64,000 bases of DNA from the human T2T-CHM13v2.0 reference genome, Homo sapiens: NCBI RefSeq assembly GCF_009914755.1, contig NC_060948.1; one strand, 5' to 3'. The position numbers and the translations under genes were made by a program. This document shows positions 36,602 through 62,393 of the stretch, in pieces; the first letter of the stretch is position 1, and the number at the start of each line of letters is the position of its first letter. The notes under the pieces were generated by a model. It worked only from the letters and a program-made list of their open reading frames with translations. It was not told the DNA's origin and did not search any database.

Positions 36602-39600
36602 GACAGAACCTTCCCTTCATTAGGGGGCCTGGCCCAGGCACAACTATTATATGTTTTTTTTCCATGATCCCTCCATCTGCGGGACCTGGGGACCATACCA
36701 TTCATGCAAAATTAAGTAATTAAAGGGGAAGAGCCATAGGTGACTAGGATGTTGTACAGATAACAGTAACTATTCCTGTTGACTAACTCTTCCAAATCCA
36801 TGAGTGAAGGTCATGCGTGCATCCATGGGTGGCACCTGTAATGGTCGCCAGGACCCAGAGGCTGGGTGGAAAGGGGTGAAGGGGGATGCCATTTTGGCCT
36901 TTTCTCTCCACCCTGGGTCACTCCAAAAAGAAGGAAACTAATGAATGCCTTCTCCTTCTCTTTTCTAAATGTGTAACAAATCCTCTTCAGCCTGCACTCC
37001 TCTCACATGCATCCTGAGACACTGGGACTCCTTTGACTCTCACACCCTGAAGAAAAAGTAACTCATATTCTTTGTATAAGGGCATCGCCTTCTTACCAGT
37101 GCCAGGGTGGAATAGCCCAGCCTCTTTAGGGAAGTGTTAATTTTAATACTATCCAACAATTAGACCTGCTGTTTACCCACGCATTTTAAATTATGCCTGA
37201 AAGTCCCACTCCTTTGCTAGGCAGGGATATTTTTGTTTCTATGGGAGCCACCATCCTAATGGCTCCAGAATAAACTCTTTGCCTTCCCTTAATGGAAACC
37301 AATATTAACCCAGATGTATGGGCAATTCAGGGAAAGGCTGGCCAGGCTACAACAGTTATACCAGTCCAGATTCACCTTAAGGATCCCACTTCTTTTCCTA
37401 TCCAGAAGTAATGTCCCTAAAGCCAGAAGCTAGAAAATTGCTGGAAGCCATCACTGATCATCTAAAAGTGCAAGGCCTCCTTATGCCCTGCAGCAGCCCT
37501 TGTGACACCCCAATGTGAGGGGTATAGAAAACCACACTGGGAATGGAGGCTTGTTCAGGACCTCTGTCTCATTAACCAATTCATCCAGTGGTTCATAATC
37601 CTTATACATTGCTAATTCAAATTCCTGAGGGAACAAAATTTTTCACAGTACTAAACTTGAAAGATGCCTTTTTCTGCATACCATTGTACCCTGACTCCCA
37701 ATACTTGTTTGTCTTCAAGGACCACCCCTCACAGACCACCCAGTTAACCGTGATGTTGCTGCCTCAGAGATTCTGAGGCAGCCCTCACTTGTTTGATTGT
37801 GCACTGTCATGAGACATCTCTGAGTTCTCTCATTCTTAAGTTAAAATTTTACAATGTGCTGATGACATTCTCCTTTTGCCTCAACTGAGGGGGCTTCTCA
37901 GGAAGGCACTTCACCTCTTCTTAATTTTCCAGCTGACAGAGGGTATAAAGTTTCAAAATCTAAGGCCCAGCTTTGTCAAACCTCAGTGAAATACCTAGGC
38001 TTTGTCTAGTCAGAGGGAATAAGAATGTTGGGTGAAGACAGGATTAAGCCCATTCCTTCTTTCCCCCTTCCCAAAACTCTCAAACAGCTAAGGGGATTTT
38101 TGGGTAATACAGGCTTTTTCAGATTGTGGATACCTGGGTATGGCAAAAATAGCTCACCATTTATATCACCTTATAAAAAAAACTCAAGCAGTTAAACTCA
38201 TTCTTTGACCTGGGAACCTGAAGCCCAAAAAGCCTTTAACTATCTAAAGCAAGCTTTGCTTAAAGCACCTGTCCTATGTCTTCCCACAGGAAACACACTC
38301 AATCTTTATGTCTCAGAAAGAAAAAGACTAGCCTTGGAAGTTTTAACTCAGGCCTGAGGTCCAGCCCAGCAGCCAGTTGGTTACCAAGCAAGGAGCTTGA
38401 CCTGGTGGCTAAAGGATGGCCAGCCTGCCTCTGAGCAGTTGCTGTGGGCGCTTTGTGCCAGAAGCCATCAAGTTAACCATGGGGAATAATTTGACTGTTT
38501 ACACTCCACATAATATAGCAGGACTGATTATCTTTTAAAGAGAGTCTCTGACTAATAGACAAATTGCCTCCTCAAATATCAAGCTTTGCTGCTAGAAGGA
38601 TCTGCCGTCCAGTTAAATAACTGACCTTGCCTAAACCCTGCCACCTTCCTCCCAGAGGAAACTAAAGAACCTGAACATGATTGTAAACAGATAGTGGTGC
38701 ACACCTATGCAGTCAGAGAGAACCTCGGAGAAAGTCCCCTAGAAAACTCAGACTGGACTCTCTTTACAGACTGAAGTTCCTTTGCAGAACATGGCAGTGT
38801 ATGCAGTAGTCACCTAGGATGACATTGTTGAAAGCATGCGTCTCTCACCGAGCACCAGTTCTCAACTAGCTGAGCTAGTCACTCTCACAAAATACTTGAA
38901 TTAAGCCCTTAAGGAAAGTCAGTTAACATTTATACTGATTCTAAGTATGCTTTCCTGGGTCTTCATGCCCATGGTGCTATCTGGAAGAAAAAACACTTTC
39001 TCATGGCCAATGGATGTCCCAGTAAATACCTTAAGGAAATAGGTAGACTGTTATCTTCAGTTTTCTTTCCATGGGAAGTGACAGTTATACATTGCAGAGG
39101 ACACCAGAAGGGGATTGATGACATGGCCAAGGGACAAAGACTAGCAGATCAAGCAGCCAAATCAGTGGCAAAAAGACCAAGAGGTCTGACACACTTGACA
39201 CCCCTCTAATCTGGGATAGCTCCATAAGAAAAATAAGACCTCAGTATTCTCCTGCAAAGATAGAATGGGCCACCTTTCAAGGACACACTTTTTAGCCCTA
39301 AAAATACAAAAAATTAGCCAGGCGTGGTGGTGGGCACCTGTAGTCCCAGCTACTCGGGAGGCTGAGGCAGAGAATGGCGTGAACCCGGGAGGAGGCAGAG
39401 CTTGCAGTGAGCCGAGATTGCGCCACTGCACTCTAGCCTAGGTGACAGAGCCAGACTCCATCTTAAAAAAAAAAATCTCAATAGGCAGCTCCTCCCTCAA
39501 ACCCTGAATTCAATGGATAGGGAGTTACTGCGGGAAAACCGACAGATAGACTTAACTCATATACCAAAGTAAAAGGCATTAAATATCTTTTAGTATGGCT

Positions 39601-42600
39601 AGATACATTTACTAACAGGGTGGAGGCATTTCCATGCCAAACAGAAAAGTCCTGTGAGGTGATGAGCATGCTAATTAATGAGATAACTTGATTTGGACTC
39701 CACAAGTAACTCTAAAGTGACAATGGCCCCTCATTCAAGGCAGTTGTTACTCAGAGGTTCTAAGTAACAAAACCACTGGGGCATACAATACCATCTACAT
39801 TGGGCCTGGAGACCATAGACTTCAGGAAAAGTAGAAAAAACAAATAATGTCATTAAGAGGAACCTCAGAGAGCTGTCTCAAGAAACTCACCTCCCTTGGG
39901 TTACTCTTCTTCCCATGGCCTTATTACTGTGAGGAACATCCCTTCTAATTGGGTTTAAGCTCTTTTGAAATAATGTATGGTTGGCCTTTCCTTACCAATA
40001 ATTTCCTATTAAACCAGTAAACTTGTAAATTGGGTAAACATATAACCTCTGTGGCCCACTTCCAGCAAGAATTAAAACAACTATCAGAAGCCCAAACCCA
40101 AGAAATAGGACTACCTTTATTCAACCCAGAAGACTTGGTAGTGGTGAAGGCTCTCCCCTCTTCTTCCTCCCCATTAGACTCCAGGGACCTTACATCATCT
40201 TCCTTTCTACCCCCTTGGTGGTGAAGGTTGTGGGACTCAATTCTTGGATTCATCACACTCAAGTCCTGGAATGCAGGAGGAGCAACCCCTGACAGTCCAG
40301 AAGAACATCCTGGATATCAAGGTAAAGAACTTGGGAACTTCAAACCGGATTACAAAAGATAAGTAAGTGATTGAGGACTACCTGTCTTCACTCTCACCTT
40401 TACCACATTTAACATATTCTTTCAGCTATTTCCACTTTTCATTTTGAGATCCACTGTCAGGTATCGCAGCTTCTTTTTGATGCATATTTACAGAGAAACT
40501 TTAATTTTCTGTGAGACTAAATTTGTGACTCATAGATGCCCATAGAGAAATCCAATATTTTGAGAAATAGAAGTTCAGGTGGAAACCATCTACTACTTCA
40601 TAATTGCAGGAATTATCTTGTTTACTTTGCTTTTTGTGCTGGGGTTATACACTGTGGTACTTCCTGAGTGGACTATCAAACAGAAAGTCTCACTGCCGGA
40701 ATATTTTATTTAGTTATCCTCCTTATTGCAGGGACAGTAGTAACAGATAAGAGGCAAATGTGAAGACTTTATTCCTATCAGCCTGTTAGAGGCAGCGACG
40801 CTTCTCATCCTTTGGCCCCTACAATGTCAGCCATTGCCCATATATACAACTAATTGCATGGCTTGCCCTAAATGATTTGCTTATTTTAATAACACTAAAA
40901 CTAGGGGGCTTCATGATGATCCTGAACTCACCATCCTGGGGTTCCCTTTGATAGCTTTGCCCCTAAACATCAAGGACTTGTCAGATATAAATGGAACCTG
41001 GTATGCGAGCACCCCATACCAGTTAAAACTCCATGTGGGAAGACATATCTAAGACTCACATCCTTGTGAATCTTAGACCAGGCACACTTGACAGAATAAT
41101 AACAAACACCTCCCTCTGCATTAAAGCAGAGGAAAAGGACTATACCTGGGGGGATCTCAAATATTGCAACATTACATTTACAATCTCTAAAAATGAGGAG
41201 GTCTGGAGGGTAAAAAGAGGAGAAAGCTAACCTAAAACACAAGATAAATTGCTGCAAAACCCTTAAAATCCTATCCATACCTCCTAACTGGAATTCCAAA
41301 TCTGAGTGGAAGCCCCTGAATAACTCCTCTTACCACTATTATGTCACAATAATAAATAACACATGGTGCTTCTCAAACATGCCACCTCAGGGAATCCTGA
41401 ACCTCTGTATATTATTTGATACTATTAATGACCTAATAATGACTAATAATGACACATCTGTTCATGGACAGGAAATGTCTAGACTGAGAGCCACTGCAGG
41501 AAGAATCAGCTGAGTTACTGGCCAGGACATATTATGTCCATAATCTTCCAAAACTCCATCTGTCAGAAGGATCCTTTCCACCTAGTGTGTAAATGGCACC
41601 ATACATGACTATACTTTTTATGATTATCCCTATACCAAAGATGCTCCCATTAAATGTATGGGAAACCTCTTTATGAGGCCTGGGCAAAGACAAGCTGGAT
41701 CTATTACACATTATAACCTAGAACCCTCTTTTCAAGCAACAGAGCTTTATTTTCTTCTTGGTTCCTGGTTATACCTAATCCTCCCTAGGTACTGGATGGG
41801 AATATGCACTATAGTGGCAGTGGTCCCTGACCTATTATTTTTAAACTCCTCCAACATGGCAACATCATCTGGTGGAATTCCTAATCTGGCATTCTAGAAA
41901 GTGCCCTATCTTGGGCACAGCAAACAAACAGATCTATCATTTCCATGCCATTGTACGGAGATCTAACTGAGAGAGGACTGGGGAGGACATGCACAGGACA
42001 ATACTGAATTGAAAAGACCAGGAATGAGACATGTTAGAGCTAAAGGCCATTTTCATTTGCCAACATTCGTCTCCTTGAGAAATCAGGGCTTAATAGCTCT
42101 ATTATGATGTGGTGAGGGTGGAAGGCAACAGTAGAACCCATAGAGGCATAACAACAATCCATAAACTCTCTAGCCTCAGTGGTAATGCAAAATAGGAGAG
42201 CCCTAGATGTTCTTACAGCTGAAGTAGGGGCACTTATGCACTCTTAAATAAAACATGTTGCTTTTGGATCAACACCTCTAATCAAGTGGAAGAAAATTTA
42301 CAGGTGCTTAAGAATCAAATCAGAATCATTGCCATATTAAGAGAGAATGAGTGGGCTTTAGTCTGAGTTGGCTACAATCCCCTCTTGAAGGATCTCAATC
42401 TTCTTTTTGAACCTGATTAGCTCCTTTACTGGGATCTTTTTTTTTTTTTTAATGTCTTGCATTAATGTTTGGAGCCTGTATAGTCCATGCTGTAACCCAA
42501 TTGTTTCCTCTTGGCTGAGGCTATTAAACTCCAAATGGTGGTGCAAATGGAACCCCACATGGACATGCATTCTTCCAAGGACCCTTGGACCAGCCCCAGG

Positions 42601-42715
42601 AAAAGCCCTAGCTTTTATTCCCCACACAATGCCCCTCTCCAGCAGGAAGTAGCTAGAAAGACCATCGCCCAACTTCCCTAATAGCAGTTAGGGTCTCCAC
42701 TCCTGAGAGGGGAAA
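36602..42715 (+). mobile_element. Defective ERV1 (gammaretrovirus-like) internal region: truncated gag, pro end, pol, env
   Basis: gag start [23 protein letters not shown] (36969); PTPLLGRD; RT LNLKDAFF and QCADD (~37850); RNase H YTDSKYAF; IN SDNGPSF; env TM NSLASVVMQNRRALDVL and KTCCFWIN (~42150-42275); PPT gagaggggaaa; many stops and frameshifts. Confidence 0.9.
39297..39475 (+). mobile_element. 5'-truncated AluY inside ERV pol
   Basis: Linker plus right arm with agaatggcgtgaacccgggagg. Confidence 0.85.
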
Positions 42716-43330
42716 TGAAGAAGAAAAGGAAGAATCAACTGGGTAAACTAAGACTAGTCATCAGAGAAGCTGCCTGCCTGAAAAATCACAGGTACTTGCA
42801 AAAATACAGCAGCCTGGGGTAAACTCAGGCTGCACCTGCACAGAGATAAGCAGACAAGGCAGGCAAGGTTCAGCATAGCAAACTTTTTGTTCTTTGAGTG
42901 ATTAGTGGGTTCTCAGGAAGAAGTTTCCTCTTCTTTTCAGGCATATACGTGGAGAGCTCTACAGGAACTTGCACTGGCAGGAGAAGGACTTAACTAAAAC
43001 AAACCCACAATTATATAAACAAGAAAAGCTGTGATTTGTGCTTACCTAAAGACATTTCACAGCTGAATAGATAGGGAGTTGTGCAGATGGCTTTATAGAT
43101 AAGACCGGTTATTCAAACAGCTACAGTGGTGAGAAGAGTTTCATATAAAAGCTTTTGCACTCAACAGTAAAACTGCAATCCACTTGGGATCACTTCTGCA
43201 CTGTGGAGAGCTTTCTACTTTTGCTTAGTAAACTTTCACTCCAACCTCACCCTTTGCATCCATGCTCCTTAATTTTCTCAGTTGTGAAACAAAAACCTAG
43301 GATAACATGCGAAACAATGATACCAGTAAT
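42716..43330 (+). mobile_element. 3' LTR of the ERV1 provirus
   Basis: Starts TG directly after the PPT; TATA-like catataaaag ~43142; R/U5-like text agtaaactttcactccaacctcacc. Confidence 0.75.
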
Positions 43331-43661
43331 TGGTTTCAGTTAAATAATGATAAATGGGCCAATTTTCTAAGAATTACTCAAGAACACTTAATATTACAGC
43401 TGTAATCCCAGCACTCTGGGAGACAAAGGTTGGCGAATCACTTGAGCCCAGAGGTTCGAGATCACCCTGGTCGATATGGTGAAACCCCATCTCTACTAAA
43501 AATACAAAAACTAATTAGGCATGGTGGCGGGTGTCTGTAATCCCAGCTATTCAGGAGGTTGAGGTAGGAGAATCACTTGAACTCAGGAGGCAGAGGTTGC
43601 AGTGAGCCAAGATTGCTCCACTGCACTTCAGCTTGGGCAACAGAGCGAGACTCAGTCTCAA

Positions 43662-43706
<45 letters not shown>
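43662..43706 (+). repeat. (AAT)15 microsatellite at tail of Alu 43398-43661, probably Y-STR DYS495
   Basis: 15 perfect AAT units; marker name from recalled flanks. Confidence 0.85.
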
Positions 43707-44638
43707 TTCACACAATAGTGAGGAACAAAATTGGATGACTCACACTTTCTGGCTTCAAAGTTTGCTAGAAAGCTATAGGAATCATATTGTCTTGCTTAGC
43801 ATACTAAGGAATAGTCACACAGATGAATGGAATAGAGGAGAGAGAGCTCAGAAATAGACCTACATAAGTATAGTCAATTCATCTTTGACATAGAAGCAAA
43901 GATAAAAAGAAAAAAGAAGATTCTCATTTCAACAAATGATAGTGAAACAATTGTCCATGAGAAAAAAAATCAAGACACAGACTTTATACCTTTTACAGAA
44001 TTAACTCAAAATGAATCATAGACCTAATTATAAACCCAATAACTATAAAACTTATTAAAAAAGACATAGGAGACTGGGAGCAGTAGCTCAGGCTTGTAAT
44101 CACAGGACTTTGGGGAGGCTGAGGTGGGAGGATTGCTTGAGCACTGGAGTTCAAGACCAGCCTGGGCAACATGGTGAAATCCCATCTCCACAAAAAAATA
44201 CAAAAATTATCCAGGTGTGTTTCTGTACGCTTGTAACCCCAACCACCTGGAGGCTGAGGTAGGAGGATCATCTGAGCCCAGGAGATCAGGGCTGCAATGA
44301 ACCATAGCTGTGTGTCTGCACTCAAGCCTTGGCAACAGAGTGAGGCCCTGTCTCAAAAAGAAAACAAAAACAAAAACAAAAATGACAAAGGAGAAAATCT
44401 AGGCGATCTTAGGTCTGCAATTAACTTTTATAAAACAGCAATACTGTGTGGTATTCAAATACAATTATATTTATTTGAAGTATACATACAATTCACCTAA
44501 AGTTTTAAGTTTAATAACTTTTGGTATACTATATAATTAAATATTAATACAGTATAAAGAATATATATTATTATTAACATAGTATACCAAAATTTATTAA
44601 ATTACTAATTTAAATTGTAGTACACATATAAAATATAA

Positions 44639-45264
<626 letters not shown>

Positions 45265-46557
45265 GTTGTAATAACTTCTAAGTGTGCAGTTTAGTGGCAT
45301 TAATTACAGGCATAATGTTGTGTAACTGTCACCACTATCACTTTTCAAAACTTTTTGTATCACCCTAATCAGAAACTCTGTAACTAGTAAGCAATAACTC
45401 TCTATTACCTTCTCATCTCAGACCCTGGCAAATCTCTAATCTACTTTCTGTCTTTATTAATTTGCACATTCTAGATATTTTATGTGAGAATCAAATGCTA
45501 TTGCTCCTTTTGTCATGTAGCTCAGGCTGATCTCGAACTCACCAAGCACCTAAGCTTCCCACAGTGCTAAGATTACTGTCATGAGCCACTGTGCCCCACC
45601 AGAAATTACTTTTACTCTACCTTTTGTTATGATCTTTTTTCAGCATGATTTTGTTTACCTAAGCACATTATTTATTTTCATCATTTCAGTTTATCCCAGT
45701 AATATCAATAATAATGATTACTATTATTTCAGCTTCTTACATATCTCAATATTACATGGATAGTAAGAGACTTGGAACCACAGAGTAGTGAAAAAAGACA
45801 AATATAATACAATATAGGAAAATATAGAGTAGGAATGATTACTTAATAAAAGTCATTTGAGGTGCTGTGAAAGTTTGTTCACTTACCTACCTAAGTATGT
45901 AACTTTAGCTTTTTTAGCCTGTATACATTCTAAGACAAAAGTTTATCTTTTTTCTTCCTAATTTGATACTTGTGTCATAATATACTAATTAACAAACCAC
46001 ACTAGCTGTTTGGACTTGAGTAGTTGTAGAATAACTGAAAATAGGAAACTGCTATATATATATGTATGTATAATATATATAACCTTTTTTCAGGTACTCC
46101 TATTGCAATACCTGCATTTCAGCACTATTCAAAAGTAAAATAAGTCCCAGAGCCAGGTTAGTCATTATGTCCTATTTATTGCTAATTTTCATATACAAAT
46201 GAGAGCTGTCAGAATTCACAGCTTCTGAATATCAGAAGCTCATGTTTTCCCTGGTCTATACAAAAAGGAAATAAGTGAGGCCAAAAATGTACTTTAACAG
46301 TGCTCCATAATACGAATCTCATAAATGAGCTGGAATAGACCCTGAGGTCTTCAAGCCTAGTTTCTCAAGATCGTATTTTGTAAACTTGTGCTAGCAGTTT
46401 TGAATATCACAATGATTGGCATGGGCTGCTGACATTTTAGCAGGCAGGGCTCAGGGTGTTAGATGTCCTGTAATTCAGGGACATTCACAGTAGAAAATAC
46501 TTTGGTTAGGATTTAAACCTACAAAATTGCTTTAAACATAAACTCAAAAGTATTCTT

Positions 46558-46870
<313 letters not shown>

Positions 46871-47616
46871 AGGATTTTTGAATACTTTAAACATACAGGG
46901 AGTGTTTTTTTTCCCCCCGAGAAGGCAACGACTGTATAAATTTATATTGTTTTTACCATTTTAGAAATACTACCGTTTGCAACCCTGTTCATAATACAGT
47001 GAGTTGTGAATACATTCTGTTTGTATTTGCAGCTAAATTAGGCAACCACTTGTGTATTTGTCAGTGTAGCAGTGGCGGTCATTTACATGCCAAAATACAT
47101 ATTTTATTATAAATATTCTTTTAATTATATAATAATTAGGTTTGTTAGGGGCCAGAGGGGTGTCATTGTGCATCATTTGAGTTTATTTCTTTGGGAGGCA
47201 AAGAGAGAGGAAAGGAAGGTCAAAAATGGAGAAGGCCAATAAATTTATTTTATATCACGTGTGAATTTAACTTGAGAATGGTAAAGGTGTCGACACAAAA
47301 TATGTTATAAAAAAGGAAATCTAGTTGACAACTTTAACTTGCCAAAGCAGTAAACCAACTTCACTCTGGGAACACTGAATAGAAAGTGTATGTTCCAATC
47401 ACTTTGAATGTTTTAATTTTAAATTCGGAAAAGCAGAAATATTTGTGATAATGTTTTGAGAATGGAGGTATTTGAATTTTAGCACTAGGAAACCCTTTGA
47501 AGGACGGTGTAAAATCTGGATATTTAATCTGGTTTCGCTGAGAGTTCAGAGGGAAGAAGTGTTTGTAAAACCACGTATATGGCTATTAGTTAAAGCCAGG
47601 AATCTAGTACTAAGCT

Positions 47617-47647
<31 letters not shown>

Positions 47648-47914
47648 TCTGCTGAATCTGGACTAGAGGGAGGACTGAGAATTTGGCCAAAAAAAGTAAC
47701 TCCTTCTAGGGCAAAAGACTATTTCCCACCCACTGCAGCGCCTGTAAGTTGTTACGAACGTAGGACAACTTTGGTGTAGTGGTTCCTTCAGTAGGCCGAT
47801 CCCCCTCAACCCTCATTCTTTTGGGCAACCAAAAGAGTCTTTCACAATCCCATGGCTAGGCTGGCTTTGGGGACGTAGTATAGCACTGGTTAACCTAGGT
47901 TGCAGGGTGCCCAG

Positions 47915-48324
47915 AAAAACAAGGGACCTATGCCAGTGTGCGTTAAGGGCCTAGGTCCCCCGGTAGGTGTGTTATCACCAGGGTCATTCAGTATATAATT
48001 GTTTCATTGTTTCGTGAAAACAAGGGACCTATGCCAGGGTGCGTTAAGGGCCTAGGCCTAGGTCCCCTTGTAGGTGTGTTATAATCAACGTCATTCAGTA
48101 TGTAATTGTTTCATTGTTTCTTCATCACTATGCCAGGGTGCGTTAAGGGCCTAGGCCTAGGTCCCCTGGTAGGTGTGTTATCATCAACGTCATTCAGTAT
48201 GTAATTGTTTCATTGTTTCTTCATCACTATGCCAGGGTGCGTTAAGGGCCTAGGCCTAGGTCCCCTGGTAGGTGTGTTATCATCAACGTCATTCAGTATG
48301 TAATTGTTTCATTGTTTCTTCATC
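47915..48324 (+). repeat. MSY2 minisatellite, 4 units of ~99-101 bp
   Basis: ctatgccag recurs at 47928, 48029, 48128, 48227; units 3 and 4 essentially identical; position just upstream of DDX3Y matches MSY2. Confidence 0.92.
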
Positions 48325-48379
48325 CTGTGATGCTAAAGCCGTATGCTCATAAAGCGCAGGCACACCGGTAGAAAAACTA

Positions 48380-48685
48380 GAGGGGTCTGGAGTTCCTAGG
48401 TGAACCCCAGCAGCCTAACCCTGTCAAGTCTGTCGAGCCTCTGGCTGGTCACACGTGCTGCGGAATCCACTCAGCTTTCCTCAGGTGCAGTCAGGTCCAT
48501 CCTGCAGAGGGACCTTCTGCGGACCTGTTCTTTCACCTCCCTAACCTGAAGATTGTATTCAAACCACCGTGGATCGCTCACGTAAAATGGTCACTGCGCC
48601 TAACACCTGGGATCCCGTAACCCTTATCTATCTTGGCTTCAGAGAGTTTTTTGACTAGTTCCAACTTTGCTGAAGCTTGTCAAAG
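48380..48685 (+). other. DDX3Y: DDX3Y upstream non-coding exon (exon-T type); 5' end approximate
   Basis: Donor AAG|gtaggt at 48685/6; matching acceptor ttttcgcttctcttcag|GGATG at 49205/6, 2 nt before the ATG. Confidence 0.7.
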
Positions 48686-49207
48686 GTAGGTGACGGCTAG
48701 TTGGAACGGAAAAATTTTACGAAACTTCCTATTCTCAGAAGTAAAAGGGAAGAGAGAGTGCTTAAGGAAGAAGGGAAGTTGAGGGTGGGTAAGGAGGGAG
48801 CGGGAGTTAGTGGTAGATTGTCACTGTGTTTAAGATTTCCCCAAGGCGAAAAAGGCGAAAGATATCTTGCTAGATCCCTAGAATTCGAAGGCATTAGGAG
48901 AGGGCGGGGATAGCAAACATCGCGCGAATTTTGAGAGGCGCTGGGACTACGTAATCCCGCGATCTTATGACTAAACGAACGCGATTTAGGGAGAAGTAAC
49001 GGTAGCGATAAAGGGATTGGGTGGTGGTGGTGGAGGGGTGGAGCCAACGATTACGCACGTTGTGCGTGCTGTCGTATAGCTGTGGGAGGGGCCATATTAC
49101 CGCGTAGGCTAACCAGTGCGCTTAATAGCTGTAGGTCCAGTGTAAGAGTTCCGCTATTCGGTCTCACACCTACAGTGGACTACCCGATTTTTCGCTTCTC
49201 TTCAGGG

Positions 49208-62393
<13,186 letters not shown>

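Noticed and set aside
40750-42620. Possible domesticated syncytin-like env
   Set aside because: Multiple stops and frameshifts, including within the TM CX6CC region; no long ORF
47915-48324. Regularly spaced repeats resembling a CRISPR-like array
   Set aside because: Head-to-tail tandem units with no unique spacers; human minisatellite MSY2
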